A stretch of 64,000 nucleotides of DNA from Batkoa obscura (taxonomy: Eukaryota). The notes beneath the pieces are model-generated. The model searched no databases and was not told where the DNA came from. It saw only the letters and a program-made list of their open reading frames with translations. The first letter of the stretch is position 1. Each line of letters opens with the position of its first letter. Positions 38,230 through 50,817 of the stretch are shown here, piece after piece. The DNA lies in contig JASVEC010000018.1 in NCBI GenBank assembly GCA_030770535.1, positions 806,001 to 870,000 on the forward strand, written 5' to 3'. The position numbers were made by a program, and so were the translations under genes.

Positions 38230-40812
38230 ATGAACAATCAAAATAATCAAAACATCAATATAAATAATGCTAACCCAGCCCAACCGAATAACTTACAGCA
38301 AGCTCAAAACTTGAATCAACTTAATTTACAAAATCAGTTACTTCAAAACGGTCATCATCCACAATTACAAAATGCACAAGATTTTAAAGCGAGTATCACT
38401 GCTCAAGATAGAAATGAGATAGTACTTAAGTTAGCACAATTATTTAAATTACTAAACAGTGCAAGTTCAGATAGTGAAGCATTAAATATAGCACGTAATT
38501 TGGAAATCAATATTTATTCAAGGTCGGTAACCAAACAACAATATCTTGTAACATGTTCCCGAAAAATTAAAGAGATTGATGACAAAGTGAAACAATTGCA
38601 AGCTCAAAATATTACCCAAAATATGAATCAACAACAAAATTTAGCTCAAAGAATTCAAATGCTTCAGCATCATCAACAGCAGCAACAACAATTGCAAAAT
38701 ACCGAAATGCTTCGACAAAGCTTACAAAATCAATATAATTTAAATCTTCAACAACAACAAGCAGGAAATAATGGGAATAATGTGAATTCAATGGCAGCAG
38801 CAGGGATTAATCAAAATATATTACAAAATAGAGGTTTAAACCCAAATTTAATGGGAGCTATGGCTAATTTAAATTATCGAAATAATTTTAATCAACTTAA
38901 TCCTCAAGTACAGGGTCAACCAGGTCAATTTCAGTTACCAAATGGGATTACTCCAGGTCAACTGGCTATGCTTAAAGCTAATCCAGCTTTATTATCAATG
39001 TATCAGAGACAAACGCTGTTGAATAACCAAGGTATGAATCAACTGAACAATTTGCCTATAAATAGCCAAATGAATTTGCCACAAAATCTTATTAATCAAG
39101 CTGTGACTCAGTCAAATCCAGCTATTTCTCAAGTTGCTAATAGACCTACTCAACTCCAACCTAATCCATTAAATTCTGCTTCACCAATGCCAACAAATCC
39201 AATTACTGGTCAATCAACTGCTACTATTGTAAATAAAGTAGTTCAACCTAACACTGCTACAGTTAATCCTTCATCTATTGCACTAACCTCTCAACCTCAG
39301 ACACAAGCTGCTCCTCCTATACAAAATACTACTATCATTTCCAGTCAGGCTCAAAGTACTTCAAATGCTGCAGTAGCCTCTCAACCTCGAGCTTCAGAAG
39401 CAAATGATGCACCAAATATCCCTAATAGTGATGAATTAGAAGTGATCAAACCATTTACAAGTGAAGAGATTGAAAAGACATTGGGCGAAATACAAAAATT
39501 AAAAAATATAGTACAACCTAGTAACAATCCAATACTTGAAAATGTGACTGATTCTCAGCGACAAAGGGCAACAGAATTAATAAGTATGGCACCACGCTTT
39601 TTAAGTACTGTAAAACAATATCTTCCTATTATCTATCTTCGCTGTGGATTTAAAATTTGCGGTTTTGTATTAACTGTTAGAGAAATCCTTAATCAACAAA
39701 TTAAAATGGCACCAAATATTATCATGGAAGAATTTCAAATTCAAAAAATTACTAATGTTGCTAATTTTATCATCAAAGAAGTAGCTAAGTATCTTAAAGG
39801 TGTGGCTAATTGGAAAGCTCAAGAAGCTAATAAAAATCAAAATATTACTACTACAAATACTGGTAACCAAATTAGTGTAGAACAGGTGACTAATGCAGTA
39901 ACGAAAAAGGAGCCTCAGCCTGTTCAAGAGAATGCTCAAATAAGTGCAAAGAGTAAAGAAGTTAATAAGCTGGATGAAAAATCGAAAGAAAATAGTTCTA
40001 AAGGGCTTGGTGAATTTGTAACGCATATATCAGAGTCCAAGTTAACACTAAAACCACCACCACCACCAAAAAAACCAACCATACCATTGGAAAATGAAAA
40101 GCCAATGGTTGACATAGTAAATGTTGCTGTTCAACAACCTTCACAGTCACAACCACAATCACAATCACTCTCACAACCACAATCACTCTCACAAAAAGTG
40201 ACATTAGAACCTAAGGCTTTAGATAAAATCGTGTCATCTGAAGTAGGTAAAACTAATCCACAGGCACCAGTATCTAAATCAATTGAAACATTAGAACAGC
40301 AAGTGGAGCATATTAAAGAGGATCTTAGTACTACATTAAAAGAAAACATTGTTTCTGAAAATCAAGGGAATATTGTTATGGTAGTTAATCCTGAACAAGC
40401 GAAACTATTAAAAGCACAAGCAGCACGGAGAAGAGAAGAAGAAGAAGAACAAAAATATGGTGATGGTATATTAGTTCGATTAGAAAGAAAAGAAAAGAGA
40501 ATAAAGAAGAAAGATTCATTAGCTAAATTTGAAAAAGTGATGAATGAGCTGATGGGTAAGAAAATTATATTAATACTATTTTTTAAATGGATTTTCTTAA
40601 TGTATTTAATTTTAGAACACTATCCAGATTATAAAACAGTGCAACAGAATATTAAAAGAAATGCTATCTCAAAAATGTTTTCAAATGAGTTTCCAAATTT
40701 ATTCAATGAATTGGAATTGGAGCTAACATCCGAGATGAAATCAAATGCTATTTCTAAACAAGAAGTTAATACTCTCGTTTGCTTTCCTTTTGATTGTCCA
40801 GATCAAGTTTAG
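38230..40812 (+). CDS. MED15: Mediator subunit Med15/Gal11-like (KIX domain plus Q-rich region)
   Basis: KIX-like DFKASITAQDRNEIV...ARNLEINIYSRSVTKQQYL followed by a Q/N-rich tract. In-frame 60-nt intron at 40556-40615. Confidence 0.7.
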   Translation: MNNQNNQNININNANPAQPNNLQQAQNLNQLNLQNQLLQNGHHPQLQNAQDFKASITAQDRNEIVLKLAQLFKLLNSASSDSEALNIARNLEINIYSRSVTKQQYLVTCSRKIKEIDDKVKQLQAQNITQNMNQQQNLAQRIQMLQHHQQQQQQLQNTEMLRQSLQNQYNLNLQQQQAGNNGNNVNSMAAAGINQNILQNRGLNPNLMGAMANLNYRNNFNQLNPQVQGQPGQFQLPNGITPGQLAMLKANPALLSMYQRQTLLNNQGMNQLNNLPINSQMNLPQNLINQAVTQSNPAISQVANRPTQLQPNPLNSASPMPTNPITGQSTATIVNKVVQPNTATVNPSSIALTSQPQTQAAPPIQNTTIISSQAQSTSNAAVASQPRASEANDAPNIPNSDELEVIKPFTSEEIEKTLGEIQKLKNIVQPSNNPILENVTDSQRQRATELISMAPRFLSTVKQYLPIIYLRCGFKICGFVLTVREILNQQIKMAPNIIMEEFQIQKITNVANFIIKEVAKYLKGVANWKAQEANKNQNITTTNTGNQISVEQVTNAVTKKEPQPVQENAQISAKSKEVNKLDEKSKENSSKGLGEFVTHISESKLTLKPPPPPKKPTIPLENEKPMVDIVNVAVQQPSQSQPQSQSLSQPQSLSQKVTLEPKALDKIVSSEVGKTNPQAPVSKSIETLEQQVEHIKEDLSTTLKENIVSENQGNIVMVVNPEQAKLLKAQAARRREEEEEQKYGDGILVRLERKEKRIKKKDSLAKFEKVMNELMGKKIILILFFKWIFLMYLILEHYPDYKTVQQNIKRNAISKMFSNEFPNLFNELELELTSEMKSNAISKQEVNTLVCFPFDCPDQV

Positions 40813-41266
40813 CAATATAAAGCAACCTTATAGTTAAATAAATAGGAATTCGTATGCTTTGTTAAATTGTTTTTTCTAAAATTTGGGTAGGGTTTGGACA
40901 AGTTATGGTTTGTCTTGTTTTATAATTGAATTAAAGTTTGTATCGTTTTAGATGATAATTGAAGTATAAACTCAATCTAATCATGATTTTAATAGTTGTG
41001 ATTTAAAAAGAATATGATCTTTTAGTTTATACGCTATTATTGTATTATATTAATTAGATTAACTACGCTTTTAACGATTTGTGTAAACAATTGAATAAAA
41101 TAAATACTTTATGAACAGCTAATATTAAAGGAGTATGAAATTTAAAAGTAAAGCAGATAGTACATTGTTAGTATTATTTATAAACTAGAACCCTATAAAA
41201 ATTGACGACGATATAACAAGAGTTCATAAAGTGTTTATTCTTGAATTTAGCAAAAAGATTAATTAC

Positions 41267-42283
41267 TTATTCAAGTATTTCTTCACGGTTTAGACACCTT
41301 GATAAATAGCTAAGCATCTGTTCAAAAAAATGGATACAATCAGCAGGAGTTATCTCTGATAAAATATTGTCGATAATTCCAAAAAATTCCTTTTCAGTTT
41401 GTGCTTCTTTTGCTTTAATTAGCTCTATCCATTTGGTATACATATGCTCAACAGGATTTAAAAACGAAGAGTTGGGTGGTAAACAAATCAATCTATGGCC
41501 TTTTGATATAATTAGTTTTTTGATACTTGGATCTTTTTCAATATATGCATTATCCATAATTATTATAGCTTCAGATATATTTATTTTTGCCAGTTTCTCA
41601 ATAACTGACTTGATGAATTGATTAAATGTATCAGTAAAAAAGCGTCTTAATTGACTCTTATGTTCTATTATTCCATGCTTACTCATAGCACAACACATGG
41701 ATGCATTTATAGTACGGGCCCTGGAAATCGCTCTATCCCTTTTTCCCTTTTCAGTTAAGTTTTTATTTATACGTATTAAAACATTAAACGTTGCTTCATT
41801 AATAAATATGACTTTGGAATCAATAAATTTTACTATATCATTAAAAAAAGTATCAGCATAAAAAGCTCGAAGCTCCAAAAAAGTTATATCATTGCTCTGA
41901 GGTGGCGGATCAACACGTCTAAGAGAGTAATTAAACTCACTCACATTCATATTTATAACTCTTTCACTTACTGACACTCCCATTTCATTTTGTAGTCTTT
42001 TGCTTATTTCTTTTATTGGCATATCAAGATTTTCATCAATACAAGATTGTATAAACTTTCTCTGAACTTCTGGTAAAATTACTTTAGTAGCTTCTCTTGG
42101 TCCAACTTTTGGTTTTCTTCTATAATCCTCGCCATCTATATATTTCTTTACAATAGACTGAACTGTCCTTGCATTGAGAGCTAAAATTCTAGCAATGCTT
42201 GTCGCATTAGATCCGTTGACATACGCATCAATGATCCTTTCTCTTTCTTCATTAGTTATAGGCTTGCTTCTCTTTTTGAGCAT
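41267..42283 (-). CDS. IS630/Tc1 transposase-derived protein, array copy A (N-D34E), intact 338 aa
   Basis: Two HTH regions, then FINEATF (D1->N), IMDN and PPNSSFLNPVE with 34 residues between D and E. No TIRs seen. Confidence 0.88.
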   Translation of the reverse strand: MLKKRSKPITNEERERIIDAYVNGSNATSIARILALNARTVQSIVKKYIDGEDYRRKPKVGPREATKVILPEVQRKFIQSCIDENLDMPIKEISKRLQNEMGVSVSERVINMNVSEFNYSLRRVDPPPQSNDITFLELRAFYADTFFNDIVKFIDSKVIFINEATFNVLIRINKNLTEKGKRDRAISRARTINASMCCAMSKHGIIEHKSQLRRFFTDTFNQFIKSVIEKLAKINISEAIIIMDNAYIEKDPSIKKLIISKGHRLICLPPNSSFLNPVEHMYTKWIELIKAKEAQTEKEFFGIIDNILSEITPADCIHFFEQMLSYLSRCLNREEILE

Positions 42284-42669
42284 GTATAATTTTTGTAAAA
42301 AGGTAATAAAATAACGCCGAAAATTTAATTTTTATACATTTATAACCTAAAAGTGTATTAAGTTTTGGTAAATTATTGCCAATGAAATGGAATGAATTCA
42401 CTACTTGGCAGCAAATCAGAGTACATATGCTTGATGACATTGATAAAAAAACTTGATTTGGTAAAATCTAGTTAATTTATATCATTACAATTGTTGCAAC
42501 TCTAGCGACTTTTTTGGTAGCGATTTTTATGATTAAATATTTTTGTATCATTCTTTCAAAGCCCAATCCTTATATCTATGTTTTATTTTATTTTACTTCG
42601 TTCTATTTTATTTTGAATGAGTAATCAGTTTGTAAAGGGTTTTACAGCTATAAAGGGGTTGTATTTTCA

Positions 42670-44200
42670 ATTCCAAGATACAAAACAAAATATCAATTTG
42701 AGTTCGATATTCTGTATCTTTAAAATTAGTATACGAAATAATGTATATAATAGTTATTCATCAATCCCTTTAAAATAGCAAAAAATTGAATAATGATCTT
42801 ACTCAAATATCAGTGTGAGCTTGTATTTTTGCAACTTTTTGCATCCTATACTTAACAAACTCAAACTCAAAACATTATCATAAATAGATATTCGGTATCT
42901 TTAAAATGGAAAGTCTACTCAAATGGATGGGAACAAACAATTAATATACATAGGCCATAAGCAAATTATATGCAACATGAGTTAAACTTTCAACTGGTAT
43001 CAAAATATGCTTTAATGCGAGATAGAAAAAGAAAGGGCGTTACTTTATCCAGTGTGTCAAGAGGAGACAAGGGTAGATGTAAAAAAGGAATTGTAAATTG
43101 AAGTTAAAGTAGCAAAAGTTTTCATGATTTGATAAACTAAAAGTTGTCAAGTAAAAAACTAACCAGACTAAAACAAAAAAGAGTGATAATGCAACTAAAT
43201 ACTTTGAGTAGAGTTAATATAAACATAAGTACTCTTAGATACTTTGTGTTCTAAAGAAATTCCCTGAGAAGTAGGTTTTATTGCACAAGTTTGAGCGGAT
43301 AATGGCTGAATTGGGTACTACTAGTTAGAAATGTAAAACATATTTTACTATCTTTCATGAAGCAAAACATATGTTAGTTATACATTATGATGATGAATAT
43401 ATAGAATGAAAAAAAGTTAGTCAGAAACTACAATTAAAACTGAAGATGGTAGTGATATAAAAATGATAGAGCATAAAAGAAAAGCATTTATTTTAATTAA
43501 AGTTGTTTTATGGCATTTTGAATAGCCTGGTTTCCTTGATTTTAATAAGTCAATCAAAGTAATGCTGCCAAAGAGACTTCTAACTTGTATATTTTAACTT
43601 AGATGGCCCTTTTTGAATAGTATTTCATTGTCAAAAAGTAATCATAGCTAAAGTTAATTTATTCGTAGTAAATTATTGCAGATTGATAATATATTCGAAA
43701 CAAAGAGTATTAATAAAGTTATGTTAGCTTTATAGGAATTAATATAAAGTGTAACTACATTAGATAATCATATTTGATAGTGGGTTATTTAAATACATTA
43801 ACCTTTGATAAAAGAATTAATATTAAGACAAGTTACAAATCCCTATTATACTACTAATATCTAAACAACATTTTATAATAAAATTTGGTAAGTTTTAGTT
43901 GACCTATTTATATTCTCTTTTGTAGTAAATAATATAGTATCAAATCCTACAGTAAAATTTTAGATACCCTTGACCTACTGGAAACAATTATTAATAGGCT
44001 TTATCACTCCCTGATAGTTAAGGTTAAATTAGCTTGGATCAACCTAAAAAAATTCGATAAAACACTTTATTATATGCACTTTTTTGTAAGAATATGTTTT
44101 AAATGAGCTATGAGATAGCCTCCTTTACTTATAAAATTGACAAGACACGTTTCAGTATAACATATTATATCAAAGAACTAGAAAAGAAAATTTACTAACT
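42670..44200. repeat. Diverged duplicated spacer, homologous to about 45820-47350
   Basis: GAATAGTATTTCAT occurs at 43615 and 46772, with colinear blocks at an offset of about 3.15 kb, the same as the gene spacing. Boundaries approximate. Confidence 0.7.
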
Positions 44201-44448
44201 ACATCATAATGCACTTACACAAAACGATAGGTTGTAGTTTAGGTCATAGTCACAAGGTATTAATATTTTTTAATATTTAACTTTTTGAATTTTATTTTAT
44301 CTCAATATGATCTTAACTATTATGATTTTTAAAAATAAGTTAGTGCAATATTAACAAAAGATAGACATAACTTGAAATATATCAAAATCTAAAAACAAAG
44401 ATTCGAAATTTTAAAACAAAAGTAGACCAAATTTAAATGTGTCGTTTG

Positions 44449-45465
44449 TTAATCAAATATCTCTTCTCTATTTAAACATTTTGGTAAATAACTAAGCGTA
44501 TGTTCAAAAAAGCGACTGCAGTCAGTGCCAGTTATTTTTGAAAAAATAGTGTCAATAAGTTCAAATAATTCTTTGTCACTTTGTGGATCTTTTTCTCGAA
44601 TTAACTCTATCCATTTAGTATATATACCCTCAATGGGATTTAAAAATGAAGAGTTGGGCGGTAAACGTATTAATGTATGCCCTTTAGATTCAATAAGAGC
44701 TTTGATGCTTGGATATTTATCAGTACATTCGCTATTCATAATTATTATAGCCTCTGATATTTTTGTTTTTGTTAATTTGGTAACAACCGACTCGACAAAA
44801 TTTTTATATGATTCCGCAGTGTATCGTCTTAATTGAGTATGAAATCCTAGAATTCCATGCTTATTCATAGCACAGCACATTGATACAACTTTTTTAAAGG
44901 GCCTAACTTTTAATTTCTCCTTTTCTCCTTTTTCAGCTACACTTTTATTTACACGCGTTGTTACATTAAACGCATCTTCATTAACAAATACAACTTTAGT
45001 GTCAATAAATTTTAATACATTATTTATAAAAATATTGGCATAAGAAGCTCGAATTCCCAAAGTACTCATGTCATTATTTTGAAGGGGTGGATCAATTCGT
45101 ATAAAGGAGTAATTGAAGTTCTTTAGATTTTTTTTAACCTTCTCCCAACTTACTTTCAGCCCCATTTCATCTTGAAATCTCTTAACAATACCTTTTATTG
45201 ACAAATTACAATCTTCGTCGATCCAAGATTGTATCAATTTTCTTTGAGGTTCTGGCATAGTTTTCTTAGTATATCCACGTTCTCCAATTTTTGGCTTTCT
45301 TCTATAATCCTCGCCATCTATGTATTTCTTTACAATAGACTGAACCGTTCTTTCGTTAAAACACAAGACTTTAGCAATACTTGTTGCATTAGATCCATTT
45401 ATATACGCTTCAACGATCCTTTCTCTATCCTCATTACTAAGTTTCTTGTAATTTGCTTTGGGCAT
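44449..45465 (-). CDS. IS630/Tc1 transposase-derived protein, array copy B (N-N34E), intact 338 aa
   Basis: FVNEDAF, IIMNSE (both Asp lost) and PPNSSFLNPIE. Colinear without gaps with copy A. Confidence 0.88.
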   Translation of the reverse strand: MPKANYKKLSNEDRERIVEAYINGSNATSIAKVLCFNERTVQSIVKKYIDGEDYRRKPKIGERGYTKKTMPEPQRKLIQSWIDEDCNLSIKGIVKRFQDEMGLKVSWEKVKKNLKNFNYSFIRIDPPLQNNDMSTLGIRASYANIFINNVLKFIDTKVVFVNEDAFNVTTRVNKSVAEKGEKEKLKVRPFKKVVSMCCAMNKHGILGFHTQLRRYTAESYKNFVESVVTKLTKTKISEAIIIMNSECTDKYPSIKALIESKGHTLIRLPPNSSFLNPIEGIYTKWIELIREKDPQSDKELFELIDTIFSKITGTDCSRFFEHTLSYLPKCLNREEIFD

Positions 45466-45819
45466 TAAGCTTTTGTAAACTTAAAAATAGTGAACAAAAA
45501 TGAATTTATTTACGCTAGTTCAGCTTGAAATTGTCAAATTATAAAAACTGTTCCGAATAAAATTACATGAATCCGTCAATTATTAGTAAATTAAATTTTT
45601 GTTTAATGACGTATGATAGTTTTTTTGATTTACACTACTTAAATTGTCAGATTTTATCAGAATAGTCGGCAGTTAGATTTTTTCGTTGTTTTTAAATTAT
45701 AACTAAATTCTGCTTAGTATGAATTAAAGGACAAAAAAAGGTGTATTCCTAGGTTAAATTAAAATTTTTGCTTACAAATCAACAATGAAGATATCTAATT
45801 GTAAGCCGTTCTAGCCAGG

Positions 45820-47350
45820 CAAAATACAAAACAAATCAGTAATTTTGGATTGGATATGAGCTACTTTCATAATTGATGTGAAAAGCAGTTTTCGAAATAA
45901 TTGAATGACTGACCTTTAGATATTAAAAAATATTGTAGCAGTTTTACTTGAAACATTAACATGAGCACGAATTTCCAATGATTTTAGCTTTTATATACCT
46001 AGCCTAAACTTAGAACGATGTTATCGATGGATAAAGTAGTCAATTGATGTAAGGATCTTTATCCAAAGGAATATTGAAACTGTCTTAATATTTCCAGATT
46101 TTCTTCTAAGTTAAACATATCATTTCAAACAAATATTCAATTGATATTAAAGTTCTTTAGATGTGAAATAGAACGATGAAGGTATTACGATATTCAGTGT
46201 AAAAAGGAGAAAAGTATAGATACAAGTAGCAGGAAAGTGCACAAGTTGAGTTCAAGGTAGTAGGAAAGGGCAAAGCTTATTTAGTTTGGTATTCAAGAGA
46301 GTTGATAGTTGGAATCTAACCAAATCAATATTAATAAAAGAGATGAAATAATCAAAATACTTATAATAAAACTATTTCAGGGACGGGTTTTATCAGGTGC
46401 TTTATGTGCTCGAAAAACACGTCAAAGAGTAAGCTTTTATTTTATTTCAAAAGATTCAAAATTCAATCAGATTTTGTTTGTTATGAACGGAGTGAGTATA
46501 GTTTATGTGTGAACTGTGAAGTAATATATATTGGGGAATAGCTATTCTAAAAATAAATAGAGCAAAAAGAAACTTGTCAAAAACTATACTTAAAGCTAGA
46601 GATGCTAGCGATTTGAAAGTGATAAAGCATAAAAGTAGAGCACTTTTATTTTGGCTGATGTATATTTTTAACATTTTAGACGGCCAAAGCTTTCTAACGT
46701 AGAAAAATGAAAGTAAAGTTACTAAAAAAGTTTCTATCACTCGTATATTTTAATATGAAAGAGCCTTTATTGAATAGTATTTCATCCTCAAAAAACATAG
46801 ATTGAGTTTATTTATTTGTAGTAAGTTATTATAAAGCCATAATGTATTTAAAGTAAAGAATTCGACCAAAGTTTTATTAGCTTCAAAAAGTAATTACAAA
46901 GTATAATTTCGTCAAATAATCATCAAGTAATTGATCAAAGTTAAATTATAATCACTATCCTTTGATAAACGAATTAAAATTTATGATTTATAGATTTCAA
47001 ATTAGTTGTTTTATAATTGCTCTATTTACATATACTATTAACCCAAGGTTTAGTAAGTTTTGCTTAATATGATTGTTTCCTTGTTATTTAAAAATACAGT
47101 ATCAAACCTTATAATGTGATTCAAAACATCGTTGGTTTGTTGAAAATAATTATCAGCAAGCTCCATCACCTCTTGATGATCATTTTTGCGTAGTTTGAGT
47201 CAATTTAAACGAGTTTGATGTAAAGTATTATATTATAGCATGTTCCTATATATAAAGATATAAATTTTACATCGAGTTCTCAGATAGACATTGCCATTTT
47301 TAGAGAATAGGGTCAAATCCTTCAATATAACTGTTTTATGTCAAACGCTT
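45820..47350. repeat. Second copy of the duplicated spacer
   Basis: Colinear with 42670-44200 (see above). Confidence 0.7.
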
Positions 47351-47598
47351 AAAAAGATAGTTTTTGACAATACTATGATATCCCTGTGCAAAACTAAGCT
47401 AAAACGAAGACACAGTCTTACAACCATGCGCTATAATATTTTCACATTGTTTGTGAAATTGATTCCACGTTATTACAATTTTTAGTTACTATTATATATA
47501 GAAAATACTGTTGTATCAAGACAAAAAAAACTTCACTCAACATTTCAAAAGTAAAAATTTAAAATTTAAAAAGAATAAATTAAACTTAAACATATCAT

Positions 47599-48662
47599 TT
47601 AATAATCAAGTATCGCTTCTTTTCTCATACATCTTGGTAGAAAACGTAACATAGTATCATAAAAATAATTACAATCATTGCTACTTATTTCTGATAGAGC
47701 ACTGTCGATAGCTTCAAACAATTCTTTCTCATTTTGTGGATCTTTTTCTCTTATCAACTGTATCCATTTAGAGTACATAAACTCAATAGGATTTAGAAAC
47801 AAAGAGGCAGGCGGTAAGCAGATTAACCTGTGTCCATTTGATCCAATGAGTCCTCTGATGTTTGGATCCTATCAACGTATTCAGTATCCATGATTATCAT
47901 AGCTCCTGATACGTTCATTTGGGCAAATTTAATAATAATTGATTCAACAAACTGATAGAAGGATTCAGTGTCAAAAGGATTTGCTTGAGTCTGATATTTA
48001 ACTATACCATTTTTGCTCATTGCACAACAGATCGATGTATCTTTTGTTTGAAACCCGCGACCAAGGGGACCAGATTTCTTTTCTTTAATTGCTTTGACTT
48101 TAAATTTTTTGCGCATTGTAACTGAAAAAGTTGTTTCATTTATGAAAAATAGTTTAGAATCATCAATCCTTGGTATTTGATTGAGGAAAAAATTGGCATA
48201 ATAAGCTCGTGTTTCCAAAGTTGATAAACTGTTGTCCTGAGGAACAAAATTGGTATTTTGAGGAGCAGAATCTTTATTCTGTGAGACTGAATACACGCGC
48301 TTAAAAGAGAAGTGAAACTCCTTTAGATAGCTTAAAATAGTAGTCAAACTTGCATTTATCCCCATTTCACTCATGATTTTTTCCTTTAATGTTTTTAATA
48401 TGATAGTACAGTCTTCATCAACCCAAGAGCGAACCGTATTTAATTGGTCATCTGATATACGTCTTTTAGAACCTCCTTTCGGCTTCCTACTATAATCTTT
48501 CCCCTGGGTATACATTCTTATAAGACCATGAACAGAAGTACGGCAGAACCCCATCACTTTGACAATTTGTGCTGCACTATTCCCATTAATATAGGATCTA
48601 ACGATCCTTTCTCTATCTTCATTAGTGATAGACTTGTATTTCTTTTGGTTTGTAGATGACAT
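47599..48662 (-). pseudogene. Transposase-derived array copy C with a single 1-bp frameshift near 47869 (pseudogene or assembly error)
   Basis: ORFs 47823..48662 and 47599..47802 join if one base is added (GAT AG[A] GAT CCA; the paralog near 49725 has GAT AGA GAC). Motifs FINETTF, IMDTE, PPASLFLNPIE. Confidence 0.8.
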
Positions 48663-49295
48663 TCAAAACTTAAAAAAAGAATAGGTTGACTTTCTTATTT
48701 TTACGAATTTAGCTGTTTTTTTGTTAGACAGTTTTTTTTAGCAAATTCTAAATTTTTGCTAAATTTAAAACAAGTGAACACACGTTATAATGGAAAGAGT
48801 TGTTACCATTATTAATTTAATATTTAGTATTGTATTGTAATATTTTGTAAATATAGTTGATTGATCTAATAAGAAATTACTAGAAAGTATCAGTTTACAA
48901 AGAAAGGAATATGATGTAAGAATACATTAAAATTTATTAACTGAAAAATAAAAGTAAAGCTGAAACTTATTTAAATTTATAATTTATAAATTAAGTTTTA
49001 CAAAATGAACAATCTTGAAATGGAAAAAACCATTTTTATCAGAACAGCTTACAGCCAAATGTCTTCCATTGTTTTTAATTTGGAGCTAAGTTTTTAACAT
49101 AAATCTAAGGGTAAAAAGAGCTGTGATCTTTAAACTTATTAGAAAAACCTACTATAGATCAAAAAAACGGAAGGATCTAACTTCAAGCTGTTCTATTTGG
49201 TTCTTATTTTACTATCTAATTTTCTAAAATATTATGTTCTATACTTACTATAGTTGTTGAATAACGTAGTGTTTTAATTACTGAAGGCCAAATAT

Positions 49296-49393
49296 GAGGA
49301 TGTTTTTTTGATTTTATTACTTTTGCCATTTTTTAAGCTCAATTTGAGTGGAGAACTTGTTAGTGAAATTTTTAAACACAAAAATACCTCACC
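49296..49393 (-). mobile_element. MITE copy 11
   Basis: GAGGATGTTTTTTT...AAAAATACCTCACC with ATAT on both sides. Confidence 0.88.
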
Positions 49394-49461
49394 ATATAAG
49401 TAAGGGCATATAAATTAAAAAAATCAAAGTAGTGAAAATAAGAACATAAAATTACTTTAAT

Positions 49462-50474
49462 TTAATAATCCAATATTGCTTTTTTTGTGCATTTTTATAG
49501 AAAACTGAGCATATTCTCATAGAAGTTGCTACAGTCAGATCCTGATATTTCTGATAAAATACTATCAACAAACCAAACAGATTTTCCTCATTTTATCAAT
49601 CTTTTTCTCTTACAAATTGTATCTGTTTATAATATTAAACTCAACAGGGTCCAGAAACAAAGAGGCAGGCGGTAAGCAGATTAACCTGCATCCATTTGTT
49701 TCAATAGTTCCTCTGGTATTTAGGTCTCTATCAGCACAAAAATTATCCATAACTACCATAGCTTCTGAGATGTCTGGTTAAGAAAATTTGTGGATGATTA
49801 ATTCAACAAACTGATAAAAGGACTCAATATCAAATGGATTTACTTGAGTTCTATGGTTAATTATACCATTTTTAGTCATCGCATAACATATCGACACGCT
49901 TTTCCTTTGAAGTCCAGGATCAAGGCGAGTGGACTTTTTTTAATTTCCTCTTAAACTTTGAACCCATCATAACGAAAAAGGTTGTTTCACTCACAAAAAA
50001 ATATCGGTGCCACCAAACCTTGTTATTTGGCCAAGAAAGATATTAGTATAGTGAGATCTTATTTCCAAAGTAACAAAATTATTATTTTGAGTAGCTGTAT
50101 CAGTACATTTGAAAGAGAAATTAAATTCTTTCATATGCTTCGATATAGTTGATTTACCAGCACTTATTCCCATTTTATTCATAAGTTTCTCTTTTACTGT
50201 TTTTAATGCAATTTTACAATTTTCATCAACCCAAGATTGAATAATTTTTTCATGAAACTGTGATATGACTACTCCTAGAGCTTGTTGTTCATAATTGTTT
50301 AAGAAAATTTTTCTTTCCAGTATACTTTTTTATAATATCGTTGACAGTTAAAGATCTAAAGCTCATTACTCTAGCAATGTTGATTTGGCTGTTCCCATTT
50401 ACATGAGATTTATAAGTCCTTTTTCCATTAACATTGTTGTTACAGCTATATTTCTTTCGAATCGTAGATGATAT
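49462..50474 (-). pseudogene. Transposase-derived array copy D, decayed
   Basis: Start ATG->ATA (ISSTIRKKY vs MSSTNQKKY of copy C), FVSETTF, MDN and PPASLFL, with several stops and frameshifts. Confidence 0.85.
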
Positions 50475-50817
50475 TTAAAGATAACATAAAAGAACAAAAT
50501 TATTTTCTTTAGTTTAATCAGTTTAGGTAATTTTTGTCTAATATTCATTTTACAGTTCAAAATTTTTGTTGAATTTAAACTTGATAAAAAATAACAATTA
50601 AGTTTATAATAAAAAAGAATTGTTTTCACTATTAATTTGTTACTTAGTTTTGTACCATAATACTTTGTAGTTATGAAGCTATTTACCTTGCCTTTAACTT
50701 ATCCTTTGGTAAGTTAAATACCTTATGGTAAGAATATGACATAGAAGCACATAAAAATGCATCAATTAGAAAAAAATTGTAATTAGTATAATACTTGAAA
50801 GTATAACCTAATATTTA

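Noticed and set aside
48737..48763. Inverted repeat TTTAGCAAA/TTTGCTAAA upstream of array copy C
   Set aside because: Only 9 bp, AT-rich and not clearly shared by the other paralogs.
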